This document shows positions 19,865 to 29,525 of a DNA stretch of 64,000 nt, piece after piece. The notes under the pieces are model-generated. The model did no database searches. It saw nothing but the letters and a program-made list of their open reading frames with translations, and was not told the DNA's origin. The stretch lies in the NCBI GenBank assembly GCA_046045415.1, contig JBJOLT010000015.1, positions 5,988-69,987 of the forward strand. Direction: 5' to 3'. The stretch comes from Chloroflexota bacterium (GTDB lineage: Bacteria; Chloroflexota; Limnocylindria; Limnocylindrales; CSP1-4). Made by a program: the position numbers and the translations under genes. Positions within the stretch are counted from its first letter, which is position 1. Each line of letters starts with the position of its first letter.

Positions 19865-21166
19865 CTACCGCATCGACCAGCCGGCGCCGAGCCTGAGGAC
19901 CTGACGCGGGCGGAGCTGCCGGCCGCGGGAGGTGTTCGTCGTGTCGACGACGAGCGAGGCCGTCGCATAGACCGCCGCCCAGTCGATCGCGGCATGGGGC
20001 GTGAGCGCCACGACGACATCCGATCCGGCGAGGAGCGGCTCGAGCGCCGTCGAGGTCCGCTCGGTCCCGGCGGCATCGGCGAAGCGAGGGACGTGCGGGT
20101 CGTGGTACTCGACCGCCGCGCCGCGCTCGGCGAGGAGCGCGATCACGTCCGCCGCCGGCGAGTTCCGGGGATCCCGGACGTCGGCCTTGAAGGCGACCCC
20201 GAGGACCCCCACCCGCGCTCCCTTGAGGGCGCGGCCGCGGTCGTTCAGCGCCTCGGCGACGAGGTCCGCGACGTGGCGCGGCATCGCGAGGTTGATGTCG
20301 CCGGCGAGCTCGACGAACCGGTCGACGAAGTCGAACTCGCGGGCCCGCCACGAGAGGTAGTAGGGATCGACCGGGATGCAGTGGCCGCCGACCCCCGGCC
20401 CGGGCCGGAACGGCATGAAGCCGAACGGCTTCGTCGCCGCCCCGTCGATCACCTCCCAGACGTCGAGCCCCATCCGCTCGCAGAGGAGGGCGAGCTGGTT
20501 GACGAGCGCGATGTTCACGTTCCGGAAGACGTTCTCGAGGAGCTTGGCGAGCTCGGCCGCGTCGGGCGAGCTCATCTCGACGACCGTCGCGTTGATCCGG
20601 CGGAGGAGCGTCGCCGCCCGGGCGGTCGCCGCGGGTCCGAGGCCGCCGACGAGCCGCGGGACGTCGCGCCGCGCGCTCGCCGGGTCGCCGGGGTTCACCC
20701 GCTCGGGTGCGAAGGCGAGGTCGAAGTCCCGGCCCGCGGCGAGTCCGCCCGCCTCGAGCGCGGCCCGGAACGGGCCGGTCGTCGTCCCGGGGAAGGTCGT
20801 CGACTGGAGGACGACGAGCTGGCCTCGCCGGAGCGAGCCGCGGACGAGCGCGGCGGCCGAGAGGACCGGCTCGAGATCGGGGTCCTTCGAGCGGGTGATC
20901 GGCGTGGGGACGCAGACGAAGAGCCCGTCGACCGCCCCGAGGTCGGCATCGTCGACGTGGGCGATCGACAGGCCGGTCCCGAGCGCCGCCCGGAGCCGCG
21001 CGTCGTCGACGTCGTCGATCGGCGAACGTCCCGCCGCCAGCTCGGCGACGCGCTCGCGGCTCGCATCGACGCCGACGACCTCGAGGCCCGCCTCGACGAA
21101 CGAGATCGCGAGCGGGAGCCCGACGTAGCCGAGCCCGACGATCGCGAGGCGCTGGTCGGCGGTCAT
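19865..21166 (-). CDS. UDP-N-acetyl-D-glucosamine 6-dehydrogenase-like nucleotide-sugar dehydrogenase (UgdH/WbpA family), 434 aa.
   Basis: The Rossmann motif [13 protein letters not shown], the catalytic-Cys region [11 protein letters not shown] and the C-terminal UDPG_MGDP_dh domain are present. The start is set at [14 protein letters not shown], giving an ATGA overlap with the next gene. Confidence 0.8.
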   Translation of the reverse strand: MTADQRLAIVGLGYVGLPLAISFVEAGLEVVGVDASRERVAELAAGRSPIDDVDDARLRAALGTGLSIAHVDDADLGAVDGLFVCVPTPITRSKDPDLEPVLSAAALVRGSLRRGQLVVLQSTTFPGTTTGPFRAALEAGGLAAGRDFDLAFAPERVNPGDPASARRDVPRLVGGLGPAATARAATLLRRINATVVEMSSPDAAELAKLLENVFRNVNIALVNQLALLCERMGLDVWEVIDGAATKPFGFMPFRPGPGVGGHCIPVDPYYLSWRAREFDFVDRFVELAGDINLAMPRHVADLVAEALNDRGRALKGARVGVLGVAFKADVRDPRNSPAADVIALLAERGAAVEYHDPHVPRFADAAGTERTSTALEPLLAGSDVVVALTPHAAIDWAAVYATASLVVDTTNTSRGRQLRPRQVLRLGAGWSMR

Positions 21167-22380
21167 CCGGACGAGGATACCGGACGTCCCGGGCCGCTCA
21201 TCAGGCGATCGACGACCGCGAGGTAGCGCGGCGCCTCCGCCTCCCACGAGCGCTCCCGGGCGAGCGCGAGCGTCCGTCCGACCCGCGCCGCCCGCGCCTC
21301 GGGCTCGTCGACGAGCGAGAGGATCGCGGCGGCCATCGCGGCGGCGTCCCCCGGCTCGTACGCGAGGACGCTCCCGGGCGGGCAGGTCGCCTCGACCATC
21401 GGGAGCCGGGTCGCGACGACCGGCTTCCCCATCGCCGCGTACTCGAAGATCTTCGTGGAGAGGCTGACGTCCGTGAAGGCGTCGCGGCGGGTCGGGGCGA
21501 GCCCGACGTCGGCGGCCGCGAGGACGGCGGGGACCTCCTCGAGCGGGATCCGGCCGTGGAGGCGGACGCGGTCGGCGATCCCGCGCGCGGCGGCGAGGGC
21601 GGCGAGCGCGGGGGCGGTGTCGCCCCGGCCGTAGATGTCGAACACGAGCGCGAGCTCCGGGCGCCGCTCGCGGATGAGCGCGACCGCCTCGACGGCCACG
21701 TCGACCTCGTAGGTCGGCGTGAGGGCGCCCGCGTAGACGAGCCGGAGCGTCCCGTCGGCCATGAACGCGCGGACCGGATGGGCCGCGGGGTCGAAGCGGG
21801 CGAGGGCGGCGAGGTTCCGGACGACGCTCACCTTCCGCACCGGGACGCCGGCGGCGAGGAGCCGCGCCTCCAGCGCCTCGTTCACGACGAGGACCTCCGA
21901 TGCGATCGCGACGGCGAGCCGCTCCTGGAGGACGAGGAGCGCGTGGGCGACGGGGTTCGCGGCCGCCGGGAAGCGGCTCCGGAAGAACTCGGGCATCGCC
22001 TCGTGGAAGTCGACGAGGAGCGGGACCCCGGCGAGCCGGAGCGGGAGCGCCGCGGCCGCGAGCAGGTCGGGGATCGTGTGGACCTGGACGAGCCCGTACC
22101 GGCGGCGGCGGTGCGCCCGGACGAGCGCGATCGTCGAGCGGACGAGGAAGTCGAGGTACTCGGCGGCGTACCGGCCGATCCCCGCCCCCTGGTGGCGCTG
22201 GACCCCGAGCCGGGCGACCCGGACCCCGGCGATCGTCGCCTCCGACGGCTCCCCCGGCCGCCGGAGCGCGATGACGTCGACCTCGCGGCCGGCGGCGACG
22301 AGCGCCTCGGCCTCGCGCCTGACGCGCGGATCCTCGTCGTAGTACGAGTGGACGATCATGCAGACCGGCGGGCGGCTCAC
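21163..22380 (-). CDS. Glycosyltransferase family 4 (a GT-B fold enzyme).
   Basis: The C-terminal GT4 block reads [23 protein letters not shown]; 405 aa. Confidence 0.75.
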   Translation of the reverse strand: MSRPPVCMIVHSYYDEDPRVRREAEALVAAGREVDVIALRRPGEPSEATIAGVRVARLGVQRHQGAGIGRYAAEYLDFLVRSTIALVRAHRRRRYGLVQVHTIPDLLAAAALPLRLAGVPLLVDFHEAMPEFFRSRFPAAANPVAHALLVLQERLAVAIASEVLVVNEALEARLLAAGVPVRKVSVVRNLAALARFDPAAHPVRAFMADGTLRLVYAGALTPTYEVDVAVEAVALIRERRPELALVFDIYGRGDTAPALAALAAARGIADRVRLHGRIPLEEVPAVLAAADVGLAPTRRDAFTDVSLSTKIFEYAAMGKPVVATRLPMVEATCPPGSVLAYEPGDAAAMAAAILSLVDEPEARAARVGRTLALARERSWEAEAPRYLAVVDRLMSGPGRPVSSSG

Positions 22381-22440
22381 CCGCTGATGCTATCGGCTCG
22401 GCCGCCGCCACCGTGCGGGGGCGTGCTACCGTGCGCGCCG

Positions 22441-23334
22441 ATGGAGAGAAGCCCCGCGCCGGCCGCCGAGGACGGCGTCGCGCTCCGCTCGACCGCCGAC
22501 CGGCCGGGACCGCTCGGGCTGATCCGCGAGGCGATCGCCGAGACCGCGTCCCGCCGCCGGCTGATCCGCTACCTCGTCCAGGCGGACCTGAAGAAGAAGG
22601 GGTCGGACACCCTCCTCGGGAACGTCTGGTGGATCCTCGACCCGCTCCTCCAGATGGCGGTCTACGTCGTCCTCGTCACCGTCATCTTCCAGCGGACGGT
22701 CCCGGACTACCCGCTCTTCATCTTCGCGGCGATCCTCCCGTGGAAGTGGTACACGAGCAGCGTGAGCGACGCGATCGGCTCGGTCGTCGGCCAGGAGCGG
22801 CTCATCAAGCAGATCCACTTCCCGAAGCTGATCCTCCCGACCGCGACGACGGTCGCGGGGATCGCGAACTTCGGCTTCGGGCTCGTCGCCCTCGCCGGGC
22901 TCCTCGTCGTCTTCTACGCGGACCGCGCGTCGCCGTACCTCCTCCTCCTCCCGGCGATCGCCGCGGTCCAGCTCGTCCTGACGCTCGCGGTCGCGTACGT
23001 CGTCTCCGCCGTGAACGTCTTCTTCCGCGACGTCGCGAACGTGAGCCGGCACGCGCTCCGGATCTGGTTCTACCTCTCGCCCGGGCTCTACGGCGCCGAC
23101 GCGATCGAGGCGCTCAGCGAGACGAACCCGCTCGTCGCCGACCTCATGCGGCTCAACCCGTTCTACACGCTCTTCGAGTCGTACCGGGCGGTGATCTACG
23201 GGACGGCGGCCGGCGGGCCGACGAGCCCGCCGTGGGCGGAGCTCGCCGCGTGGGGCCTCGGTTCGGTCGTCCTCCTCGCGCTCGCGACGTTCGTCTTCAA
23301 GCGGCTCGAGCCCGCGTTCGCGAAGGTCCTCTGA
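22441..23334 (+). CDS. ABC-2-type polysaccharide or teichoic-acid export permease (Wzm/TagG/KpsM-like).
   Basis: Six TM helices and the ABC-2 signature region. The start MERSPAPA sits 60 nt from the divergent GT4 gene. Confidence 0.8.
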   Translation: MERSPAPAAEDGVALRSTADRPGPLGLIREAIAETASRRRLIRYLVQADLKKKGSDTLLGNVWWILDPLLQMAVYVVLVTVIFQRTVPDYPLFIFAAILPWKWYTSSVSDAIGSVVGQERLIKQIHFPKLILPTATTVAGIANFGFGLVALAGLLVVFYADRASPYLLLLPAIAAVQLVLTLAVAYVVSAVNVFFRDVANVSRHALRIWFYLSPGLYGADAIEALSETNPLVADLMRLNPFYTLFESYRAVIYGTAAGGPTSPPWAELAAWGLGSVVLLALATFVFKRLEPAFAKVL

Positions 23335-24179
23335 TGGCCGACGAGCGACTCCATCCCGACGCGGTCGACGCGACCGCCCCGACGGTGATCGACGTCCATG
23401 GGCTCGGCGTCCGCTACAGCCTTCGGCTGACCCGTCGGAACACCGTCCGGCAGTCCTTCGCGAACCTGCTGAAGCCGCGCGAGGGCCCGACCGACTTCTG
23501 GGCGCTCCGCGACGTGACGTTCCGGCTGATGCGGGGCGAGTCGCTCGCGGTGATCGGGCCGAACGGCGCCGGGAAGTCGACGCTCCTCCAGGCGCTCGCC
23601 GGGATCATCACGCCGTCCGAGGGGGAGATCGCCGTCCGCGGCCAGATCTCGAGCCTCCTGACGCTCGGCGCCGGCTTCGACGCGGAGCTGAGCGGGCGCG
23701 ACAACATCATGCTCGCCGGCGCGTTCATGGGGATGGACCACCGGGAGATCGAGCGGCGGATCGACGGGATCATCGCGTTCGCGGACATCGGCCAGTTCAT
23801 CGACGCCCCGATCAAGACGTACTCGTCCGGGATGCGGGCGCGGCTCGGCTTCTCGATCGCGACCTCGGTCGACCCGGACATCCTCCTCCTCGACGAGGTC
23901 CTCGCGACCGGCGACCAGGTCTTCCGGGCGAAGTCGCAGGCGCGGGTCCTCGAGCTCGTCCGCGCGGCGAAGGGGATCGTCCTCGTGACCCACGACATGA
24001 ACTGGGTGACCGAGTTCTGCAACCGGGCGCTCCTCCTCGAGGGAGGCCGGATCGTCGCCGAGGGGGATCCGGCGGAGATCGTCGCGATCCACCGCGAGCA
24101 CTCCGAGCGGGTGAAGGCCGAGAAGCTCGCCGAGGCGGCGCGGCTCCTCGCGGGCGCGCGCGAGGGCGGCGGCCGCTAG
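23334..24179 (+). CDS. ABC transporter ATP-binding protein (Wzt/TagH/KpsT-like). It is short (281 aa) and has no C-terminal carbohydrate-binding domain.
   Basis: Walker A motif GPNGAGKST, signature YSSGMRARL and Walker B motif ILLLDE. There is an ATGA overlap with the permease. Confidence 0.85.
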   Translation: MADERLHPDAVDATAPTVIDVHGLGVRYSLRLTRRNTVRQSFANLLKPREGPTDFWALRDVTFRLMRGESLAVIGPNGAGKSTLLQALAGIITPSEGEIAVRGQISSLLTLGAGFDAELSGRDNIMLAGAFMGMDHREIERRIDGIIAFADIGQFIDAPIKTYSSGMRARLGFSIATSVDPDILLLDEVLATGDQVFRAKSQARVLELVRAAKGIVLVTHDMNWVTEFCNRALLLEGGRIVAEGDPAEIVAIHREHSERVKAEKLAEAARLLAGAREGGGR

Positions 24180-25519
24180 GCCGGGACCGGCGGGCGCCCG
24201 CCCGCGGGCGGCGGGGCGTCAAGAGGCGGCGGCGCGTCGCGGGGCGGCGGGGGGACGAGCCGTGCCGCGAGCGCGAGGTACGGGACGACGGCGGTCTCCC
24301 AGTTGTACCGCTCCCTGGCGGCGGCGAGCGCGCGGGCCCGCATCGCCTCGCGCTCGTCCGACGGGGCCTCGAGGACCGCTCGGAGCGCCCGCCGCAGGTC
24401 GGCGACGTCGCCCGGGTCCGCGACCGCGCCGATCCGCTCCGCCTCGAGGATCGAGCGCATCACCTCGAGGTCGCGGCCGAGGACGATCGGGGTCCCCGCG
24501 GCGAGCGACTCCCAGAACTTGTTCGGCGTCGAGAGCCGCTGGTTCAGCGAGCCCGCGGGGACGGCGATGATCGTCGCGTCGGCGGAGGCGGTCCAGGCCG
24601 GGACGTCGTCGGGGTGCACCGGCGGGAGCGTCACGTGGCGGCCGGCGTAGCGCGGGTCGCGGTCGCGCTCGCGGAGCCGCTCCGCCCACGGCCCGAAGCC
24701 CAGCATGACGAGCGCCGCGTCCTCGAGGCCGAGGACCGCCTCGGCGGCCTCCTCGAGCCCGCGCTCTCGGCCGAGCCGCCCGAGCCAGAGGACGACGCGC
24801 CGCTCCGGCGGGAGTCCGGCCGCCGCGCGGATGAGGTCGGGCCGGCGCGCGGGCGGGTCCCATCGCGGCTGGCAGTTCGCGAGGACGGTCGGGCGGGTCC
24901 GGACCGGCCAGGTCGCCGCGAGGTGGTCGGCGAGCGGCTCGTTCACGGTCACGACCGCGTCGGCGCGCCGGACCCAGCCCCGCTCCCGTGCCGCGTAGGC
25001 GGCGACGAGCGGGCGCGGCAGCCCGGCGACGTTGTTCGACTCGAGGATCACGTCGATCACGTCGTAGACGACCCGGCCCTCGCGGCCCGCGCGGCGCGCG
25101 GCCGCGGCGAGCGGGAGCGCCACCCCGACGGTGAGGATCCCGCACGCGTGGTAGAGATCGGCCGGCGGCAGCTCCGCGCGGAGCGCCGCCCACCAGCCGC
25201 GGGCGTTGAGCGGCCAGGCGAGCGCCTTGGCGGCGACGTCGACGAGCCGTCGGATCGCCGCGAGCGGCCCGCGCCGACGGCCGCGCGAGCCGGTGGCGGC
25301 GCCGACCGCGTACCGGGCGAACGGGCCGCGCGGACGGTAGCGGCGGATGACGACCCCGGAGCGGCCGTCACGCTCCGTCTCGGGGACCTCGGGGCGCGCG
25401 GCCTCCGCGAGCGCGGCGATCTCCACCTCGAACCCGGCCCCCTCGAGACTCCGGGCGACGCGGAGGCCGCGCGAATAGGGAGCGGCGGCGTTCGCGACGA
25501 GGACGACGGCGCGCCGCAC
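24176..25519 (-). CDS. Glycosyltransferase family 4, paralog 1 of 3 (GTG start).
   Basis: The C-terminal block GSLNQRLSTPNKFWESLAAGTPIV is shared with the other two paralogs. The start is set at a GTG (VRRAVVLVANA); the upstream part of the 840-aa ORF is out-of-frame artefact. Confidence 0.7.
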   Translation of the reverse strand: MRRAVVLVANAAAPYSRGLRVARSLEGAGFEVEIAALAEAARPEVPETERDGRSGVVIRRYRPRGPFARYAVGAATGSRGRRRGPLAAIRRLVDVAAKALAWPLNARGWWAALRAELPPADLYHACGILTVGVALPLAAAARRAGREGRVVYDVIDVILESNNVAGLPRPLVAAYAARERGWVRRADAVVTVNEPLADHLAATWPVRTRPTVLANCQPRWDPPARRPDLIRAAAGLPPERRVVLWLGRLGRERGLEEAAEAVLGLEDAALVMLGFGPWAERLRERDRDPRYAGRHVTLPPVHPDDVPAWTASADATIIAVPAGSLNQRLSTPNKFWESLAAGTPIVLGRDLEVMRSILEAERIGAVADPGDVADLRRALRAVLEAPSDEREAMRARALAAARERYNWETAVVPYLALAARLVPPPPRDAPPPLDAPPPAGGRPPVPA

Positions 25520-25575
25520 GGGCGGGGGCGCCGGCGGCGGGGCGACCGGGCGGGGGGCGCGACCGGCGGGGCCGC

Positions 25576-26973
25576 TCACCACGGCCGTCCGGTCAGACGC
25601 CCGTACTCCTCGACGAGGAGTCCCATCTGGCGTTCCCACGAGTACGGGCCGTGCGCCGCGGCGAGGGCGCGGTCGCGGAGCGCGCGCCGCTCCGCCGGCG
25701 GCGCGTCGAGGATCGCCCGGATCGCCGCCGCGATCGCCGCGGGGTCGGTGGGGTCGACGAGCCGGCCGCAGCCGGTCTCCCGGACGATCGCCGCCATCCC
25801 GGGGAGGTCGCTCGCGACGACCGGGACCCCGGCCGCCATCGCCTCGAAGAGCTTGTTCGGCGTCGTCAGCCGGTGGTTGAGCGTCGAGGGCTGGATCGGC
25901 ATCGCGACGACGTCGGCCGCCGCGACCCAGCCGAGGAGCTCCGCCGGCGGGACCGCGGGGAGGAGCCGGACGCGCCCGGCCGCGGGGCCGGCCGGATCCG
26001 CCGCGATCCGCTCCAGCTCCCCGGCGAGCGGCCCGTACCCGAGGAGGACGAGCACCGCGTCCGGGACCCCGCCGATCGCGGCGACGAGCTGCTCGATCCC
26101 GCGATGCGGCGCCAGCCCGCCCTGGTAGAGGACGACGCGCGTCCCGGCGGCGAGTCCGAGCGCTTCGTGGAAGCGGCGCACGGGCGGGTCGCCGGGGTCG
26201 AAGCGGTACGAGCAGTTCATGACGATCGCCGGGAGCGGGACGCCGAAGCGGTCGGCCATCACCTCCGCGTACGGCCGGTTGACCGTCATCACCCGGTCCG
26301 CGCGGCGGGCCCAGCCGCGCTCGACCCGGCCGAGGAGCCGGCGCGCCGGACCGGGGAGACGCGCGAGGTTGTTCGCATCGACGTAGATGTCGCGCGCGTC
26401 GTAGACGACCCGGCCGCCGCGGGCGGCGGCGACCGCGAGCGCGACCGGGATCCCCATGTACGCCATCCCGTGGACGACGTCGGCCGGTGGGGCGACCGCC
26501 CGGGCGGCACGTGCCTGGGACCGGACGGTGAGCGCGATCGCGGCGATCCGGACGGCGGCCGCCACCGCGCGCCGGAGCCGGCCGCGGGACGCGACGCGGG
26601 ATGGCGCGGCGGCCGCCACGCCCGTCGCCGCGGCGTCCGTCGCCGCCGCGTCCGTCGTCGCCGCGCCCGTCGCCGCGGCGCGTCGCCCGGAGCGCCACCG
26701 GGCGACGGCTCGCCGGATCGGGGCCGGGAGCGGAAGGCCGTCCGCGGCGGAGACGGGAAGACGGACGATCCGGTAGCCGGCCGGATCGCGCGCCTCGGCG
26801 GGGAGGCCCGGCGCGAGCCGCGCGAGGACGGTCACCTCGTGGCCGCGGGCGGCGAGCGCGCTCGCGATCCGGAAGGTCCGTGAGTCGAACTCGCCGGTCG
26901 TCGGGAGGACGATCGTGCAGCGCTGCGGGACCGGCGCGTTCGAGCCGTCCGCCGCGGCGCGTCCCCCGCTCAC
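25576..26973 (-). CDS. Glycosyltransferase family 4, paralog 2 of 3. It carries an Ala/Thr low-complexity insert (AATGAATTDAAATDAAATGVAAAAP).
   Basis: The block is STLNHRLTTPNKLFEAMAAGVPVV. Its GTG start overlaps the upstream stop in a GTGA. Confidence 0.7.
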   Translation of the reverse strand: MSGGRAAADGSNAPVPQRCTIVLPTTGEFDSRTFRIASALAARGHEVTVLARLAPGLPAEARDPAGYRIVRLPVSAADGLPLPAPIRRAVARWRSGRRAAATGAATTDAAATDAAATGVAAAAPSRVASRGRLRRAVAAAVRIAAIALTVRSQARAARAVAPPADVVHGMAYMGIPVALAVAAARGGRVVYDARDIYVDANNLARLPGPARRLLGRVERGWARRADRVMTVNRPYAEVMADRFGVPLPAIVMNCSYRFDPGDPPVRRFHEALGLAAGTRVVLYQGGLAPHRGIEQLVAAIGGVPDAVLVLLGYGPLAGELERIAADPAGPAAGRVRLLPAVPPAELLGWVAAADVVAMPIQPSTLNHRLTTPNKLFEAMAAGVPVVASDLPGMAAIVRETGCGRLVDPTDPAAIAAAIRAILDAPPAERRALRDRALAAAHGPYSWERQMGLLVEEYGRLTGRPW

Positions 26974-28382
26974 GCCGTCGTCCGCACCGGCCCGGCCGCC
27001 GTGAGCTCCTCGTAGAGCCGGATCAGCCCGGCCGATTCGGTCTCCCAGTTCCAGCGACCGTGCGCGGCCGCGAGGCAGCGCGCCCGGAGCGTCGCCATCC
27101 CGTCCGGGGGCAGGGCGAGGAGCTCGGCGATCCCCCGGGCGAGCGCCGGGACCGACGCGGGGTCGCAGACGACCCCGAGCGGGCCCGCCGGGTCGCCGAG
27201 GACGATCCGCCGCATCTCGGGGAAGTCGCTCGCGACGACCGGGACGCCGGCCGCGAGGCACTCGAAGAGCTTGTTCGGCGTCGAGAGCGCGTGGTTGAGC
27301 GTCGAGGCCTGGATGGCGACGACACCGACGTCGGCGCCGGCGACCCACTCGACGAGCTCGTCGGGCGGGACGGCGTCGAGGACGTGGAGCCGACCGCCGT
27401 AGCGGGGGTCCGCCGCGGCGCGGTCGAGGTCCTCGCGCATCCGCCCGTAGCCGAGGTAGACCGCGTGGACCCGCTCGAGGCCCGGCTCGAGGATCGCGGC
27501 CGCGAGCTCCTCCAGCCCGCGGTGCGCCGAGAAGCCGCCGTGATAGAGCGCGATCGGCTCACCGGCGGGGACCCCGGCGGCGGTCCTCAGCAGGTCGCGC
27601 CGCTCGATCCGACGCTCGTGGCGGGCCGGCGTGTTGTGGAGGACGACGGTCCGCCGGGGCGCGTACCGGCGCCCGAGCTCCTCCGCGAGCGAGACGTTCA
27701 CGGTCACGAGCGCGTCGGCGGCCGCGACCCAGCGCGCCTCGAGGCGCCGGAACCGGTCGCGGATCCAGCGTGGCCGGTGGGCGTTCGTCCCCGACTCGAG
27801 GAAGATCTCGTGGCTGTCGTAGACGACGCGGCCGCCGTTCCGCGCCGCGGCCCGGAGCGCGGCCGGGAGACCCGTCAGGTCGTGCCCGTGGTAGACGTCG
27901 GCGAGCGGCGCCGCCCGGGCCGCGGCGTCCGCCCAGCCGAGGATCGCGAAGCGCCAGCGGACGAGCCAGTCGAGCAGCGTCCCGCCGGGCGGCTGCGGCC
28001 TCCCGCGCCCCCACGCGAGGTACCACGCGCCGCGGACGACGACCCACGGCATCGCGACGACGGCGAGGGCGGCCGCCGCGGCCGCGTTCAGGAGCCCGAT
28101 CGGGAAGCGGCCGAGCGCGTGCCGGAGCCGGAAGAGGAGCCACGAGCGGGCCCGCCACGGGTAGCGCGCCCAGATCCACCAGCGTCGCCACGCGTGCGGG
28201 ATCGGGACGCGGACGATCTCGACGCCGTCGCGCGTCTCGCGGTCACCCACCCGCGCCGCCGGGTCGGTCGGGCGGGCGAGGATCGTCACCTCGTGACCGG
28301 CCGCGGCGAGCGTCCCCGCCTCGCGGAGCACCCGCGCGTCGGTCCGGCAGTCGTTGAAGACGAACATGACGACGCGGCTCAT
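26970..28382 (-). CDS. Glycosyltransferase family 4, paralog 3 of 3.
   Basis: Starts MSRVVMFVFNDCRTD and ends with STLNHALSTPNKLFECLAAGVPVV. There is an ATGA overlap with the upstream epimerase. Confidence 0.75.
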   Translation of the reverse strand: MSRVVMFVFNDCRTDARVLREAGTLAAAGHEVTILARPTDPAARVGDRETRDGVEIVRVPIPHAWRRWWIWARYPWRARSWLLFRLRHALGRFPIGLLNAAAAAALAVVAMPWVVVRGAWYLAWGRGRPQPPGGTLLDWLVRWRFAILGWADAAARAAPLADVYHGHDLTGLPAALRAAARNGGRVVYDSHEIFLESGTNAHRPRWIRDRFRRLEARWVAAADALVTVNVSLAEELGRRYAPRRTVVLHNTPARHERRIERRDLLRTAAGVPAGEPIALYHGGFSAHRGLEELAAAILEPGLERVHAVYLGYGRMREDLDRAAADPRYGGRLHVLDAVPPDELVEWVAGADVGVVAIQASTLNHALSTPNKLFECLAAGVPVVASDFPEMRRIVLGDPAGPLGVVCDPASVPALARGIAELLALPPDGMATLRARCLAAAHGRWNWETESAGLIRLYEELTAAGPVRTTA

Positions 28383-29497
28383 CGGACGCCACCGGCCTCG
28401 AGCGCCGTGACGATCGCCTCGGCCGCTCCGGCCGGCGCGAGGGCGACGGTCGCGGCCCGCTCCCGTGCCGCGGCCGGGGCCGACGACGGCGGTGCGAGGC
28501 GATCGAGCGCCGCGACGGCGAGCGCCGCATCGCGGCCGACGAGGACCGTCAGCCCGCGCGGATCGGCAGCCGCCTCGACCCACTCGGTCGTCCCGCGGAG
28601 CACGAGGCACGGCACCGCGAGCCAGGCGGCCTCGCGCTGGACGCCGCCGGAATCCGTGAGGACGGCGGCGGCGTGGAGCTGCAGGGCGAGCGAGGTCCGG
28701 TAGCCCTGCGGCTCGAGGATCGCGACGCTCGCGGGGAGCTCGATCCCGGCGGCGTCGAGCGCCGCCCGGGTCCCCGGGTGGAGCGCGAGGACGACGGGCC
28801 GCTCCGGGGTGGCGACGGCGGCGAGGAGCGCGCTCCAGCCGCGGAGCGCCGCCTCGTCGCGGTTCTCGGCGCGGTGGACCGTCGCGAAGCAGTAGCCGCC
28901 CGGCCGGAGCGGGATCCCGAGGCGCTCCCCGATCGCGGCGACGGGCGCCGGGTCGCGGATCGCCGCGAGCGTCCGTGCCGCGAGATCCTGCATCAGGTCG
29001 CCGACGAGCGTGACGCCCTCCCCGATCCGTTCGGCCTCGAGGTTCGCGACGGCCGCCGGGGTCGGGGCGAAGCGCCAGCGGGCGAGGTGATCGGCGACGA
29101 TCCGGTTCCGCTCCTCCGGCATCGCCCGGTCGAAGCTCCGGAGCCCCGCCTCGACGTGCGCGAGCGGGATCCCCGCCCGGGTCGCGGCGAGCGCCCCGGC
29201 GAGCGTCGAGTTCGTGTCGCCGTAGACGAGGACCGCGTCCGGGCGCCACTCGGCGAGGAGCGGGTCGAGCGCGTCGAGCATCCGGGCGACCTGCTCGCCG
29301 GCCGTCCCGCCGCCGATCCCGAGGGAGCGGTCGGGCTTCGGGAGGCCGAGCTCGGCGAAGAAGGCGCCGGCCATCGCCTCGTCGTAGTGCTGGCCGGTGT
29401 CGACGAAGCGCTCGTCATGGCGTGCGCGGAGGACCGGGCCGAGCGCCGCCGCCTTGATCAACTGGGGGCGCGTCCCGAGGACGCTGACGATCCGCAC
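28379..29497 (-). CDS. UDP-N-acetylglucosamine 2-epimerase, non-hydrolysing (WecB/MnaA/WbpI family).
   Basis: MRIVSVLGTRPQLIKAAAL...VLVYGDTNSTLAGALAA...HVEAGLRSFD are canonical WecB blocks. Confidence 0.85.
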   Translation of the reverse strand: MRIVSVLGTRPQLIKAAALGPVLRARHDERFVDTGQHYDEAMAGAFFAELGLPKPDRSLGIGGGTAGEQVARMLDALDPLLAEWRPDAVLVYGDTNSTLAGALAATRAGIPLAHVEAGLRSFDRAMPEERNRIVADHLARWRFAPTPAAVANLEAERIGEGVTLVGDLMQDLAARTLAAIRDPAPVAAIGERLGIPLRPGGYCFATVHRAENRDEAALRGWSALLAAVATPERPVVLALHPGTRAALDAAGIELPASVAILEPQGYRTSLALQLHAAAVLTDSGGVQREAAWLAVPCLVLRGTTEWVEAAADPRGLTVLVGRDAALAVAALDRLAPPSSAPAAARERAATVALAPAGAAEAIVTALEAGGVR

Positions 29498-29525
29498 GCG
29501 GAGAGCCTACCCGCCGCCGGGCGGG

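Noticed and set aside
17090-21226. A 1378-aa plus-strand ORF, and similar giant ORFs at 33621..39239, 41815..46536, 50646..53603, 50896..54366, 59312..62575, 16191..20351 and 5601..8339.
   Set aside because: Their translations are monotonous Arg/Asp/Glu/Gly/Pro-rich low-complexity sequence. They lie antisense or out of frame to genes with clear family signatures. They are the stop-codon-poor shadow frames expected at about 72% GC.
9412-22380. Looked for transposase, integrase or other mobile-element genes across the window.
   Set aside because: No transposase or integrase families and no terminal inverted repeats were recognised. tRNA-Pro has no associated att repeat.
24176-26698. An 840-aa ORF and a 590-aa ORF (25576..27348) read as very long glycosyltransferases.
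   Set aside because: The N-terminal extensions are Arg/Gly/Pro-rich artefact overlapping the neighbouring GT4 gene. The proteins were trimmed to internal GTG starts that create GTGA overlaps with the upstream stops.
26570-26710. Short tandem repeats (cgtcgccgc... units) that looked like a possible CRISPR or mini-satellite.
   Set aside because: They lie inside the GT4 paralog 2 coding frame and encode an Ala/Thr low-complexity insert. The units are too short and irregular for CRISPR, and there are no cas genes.
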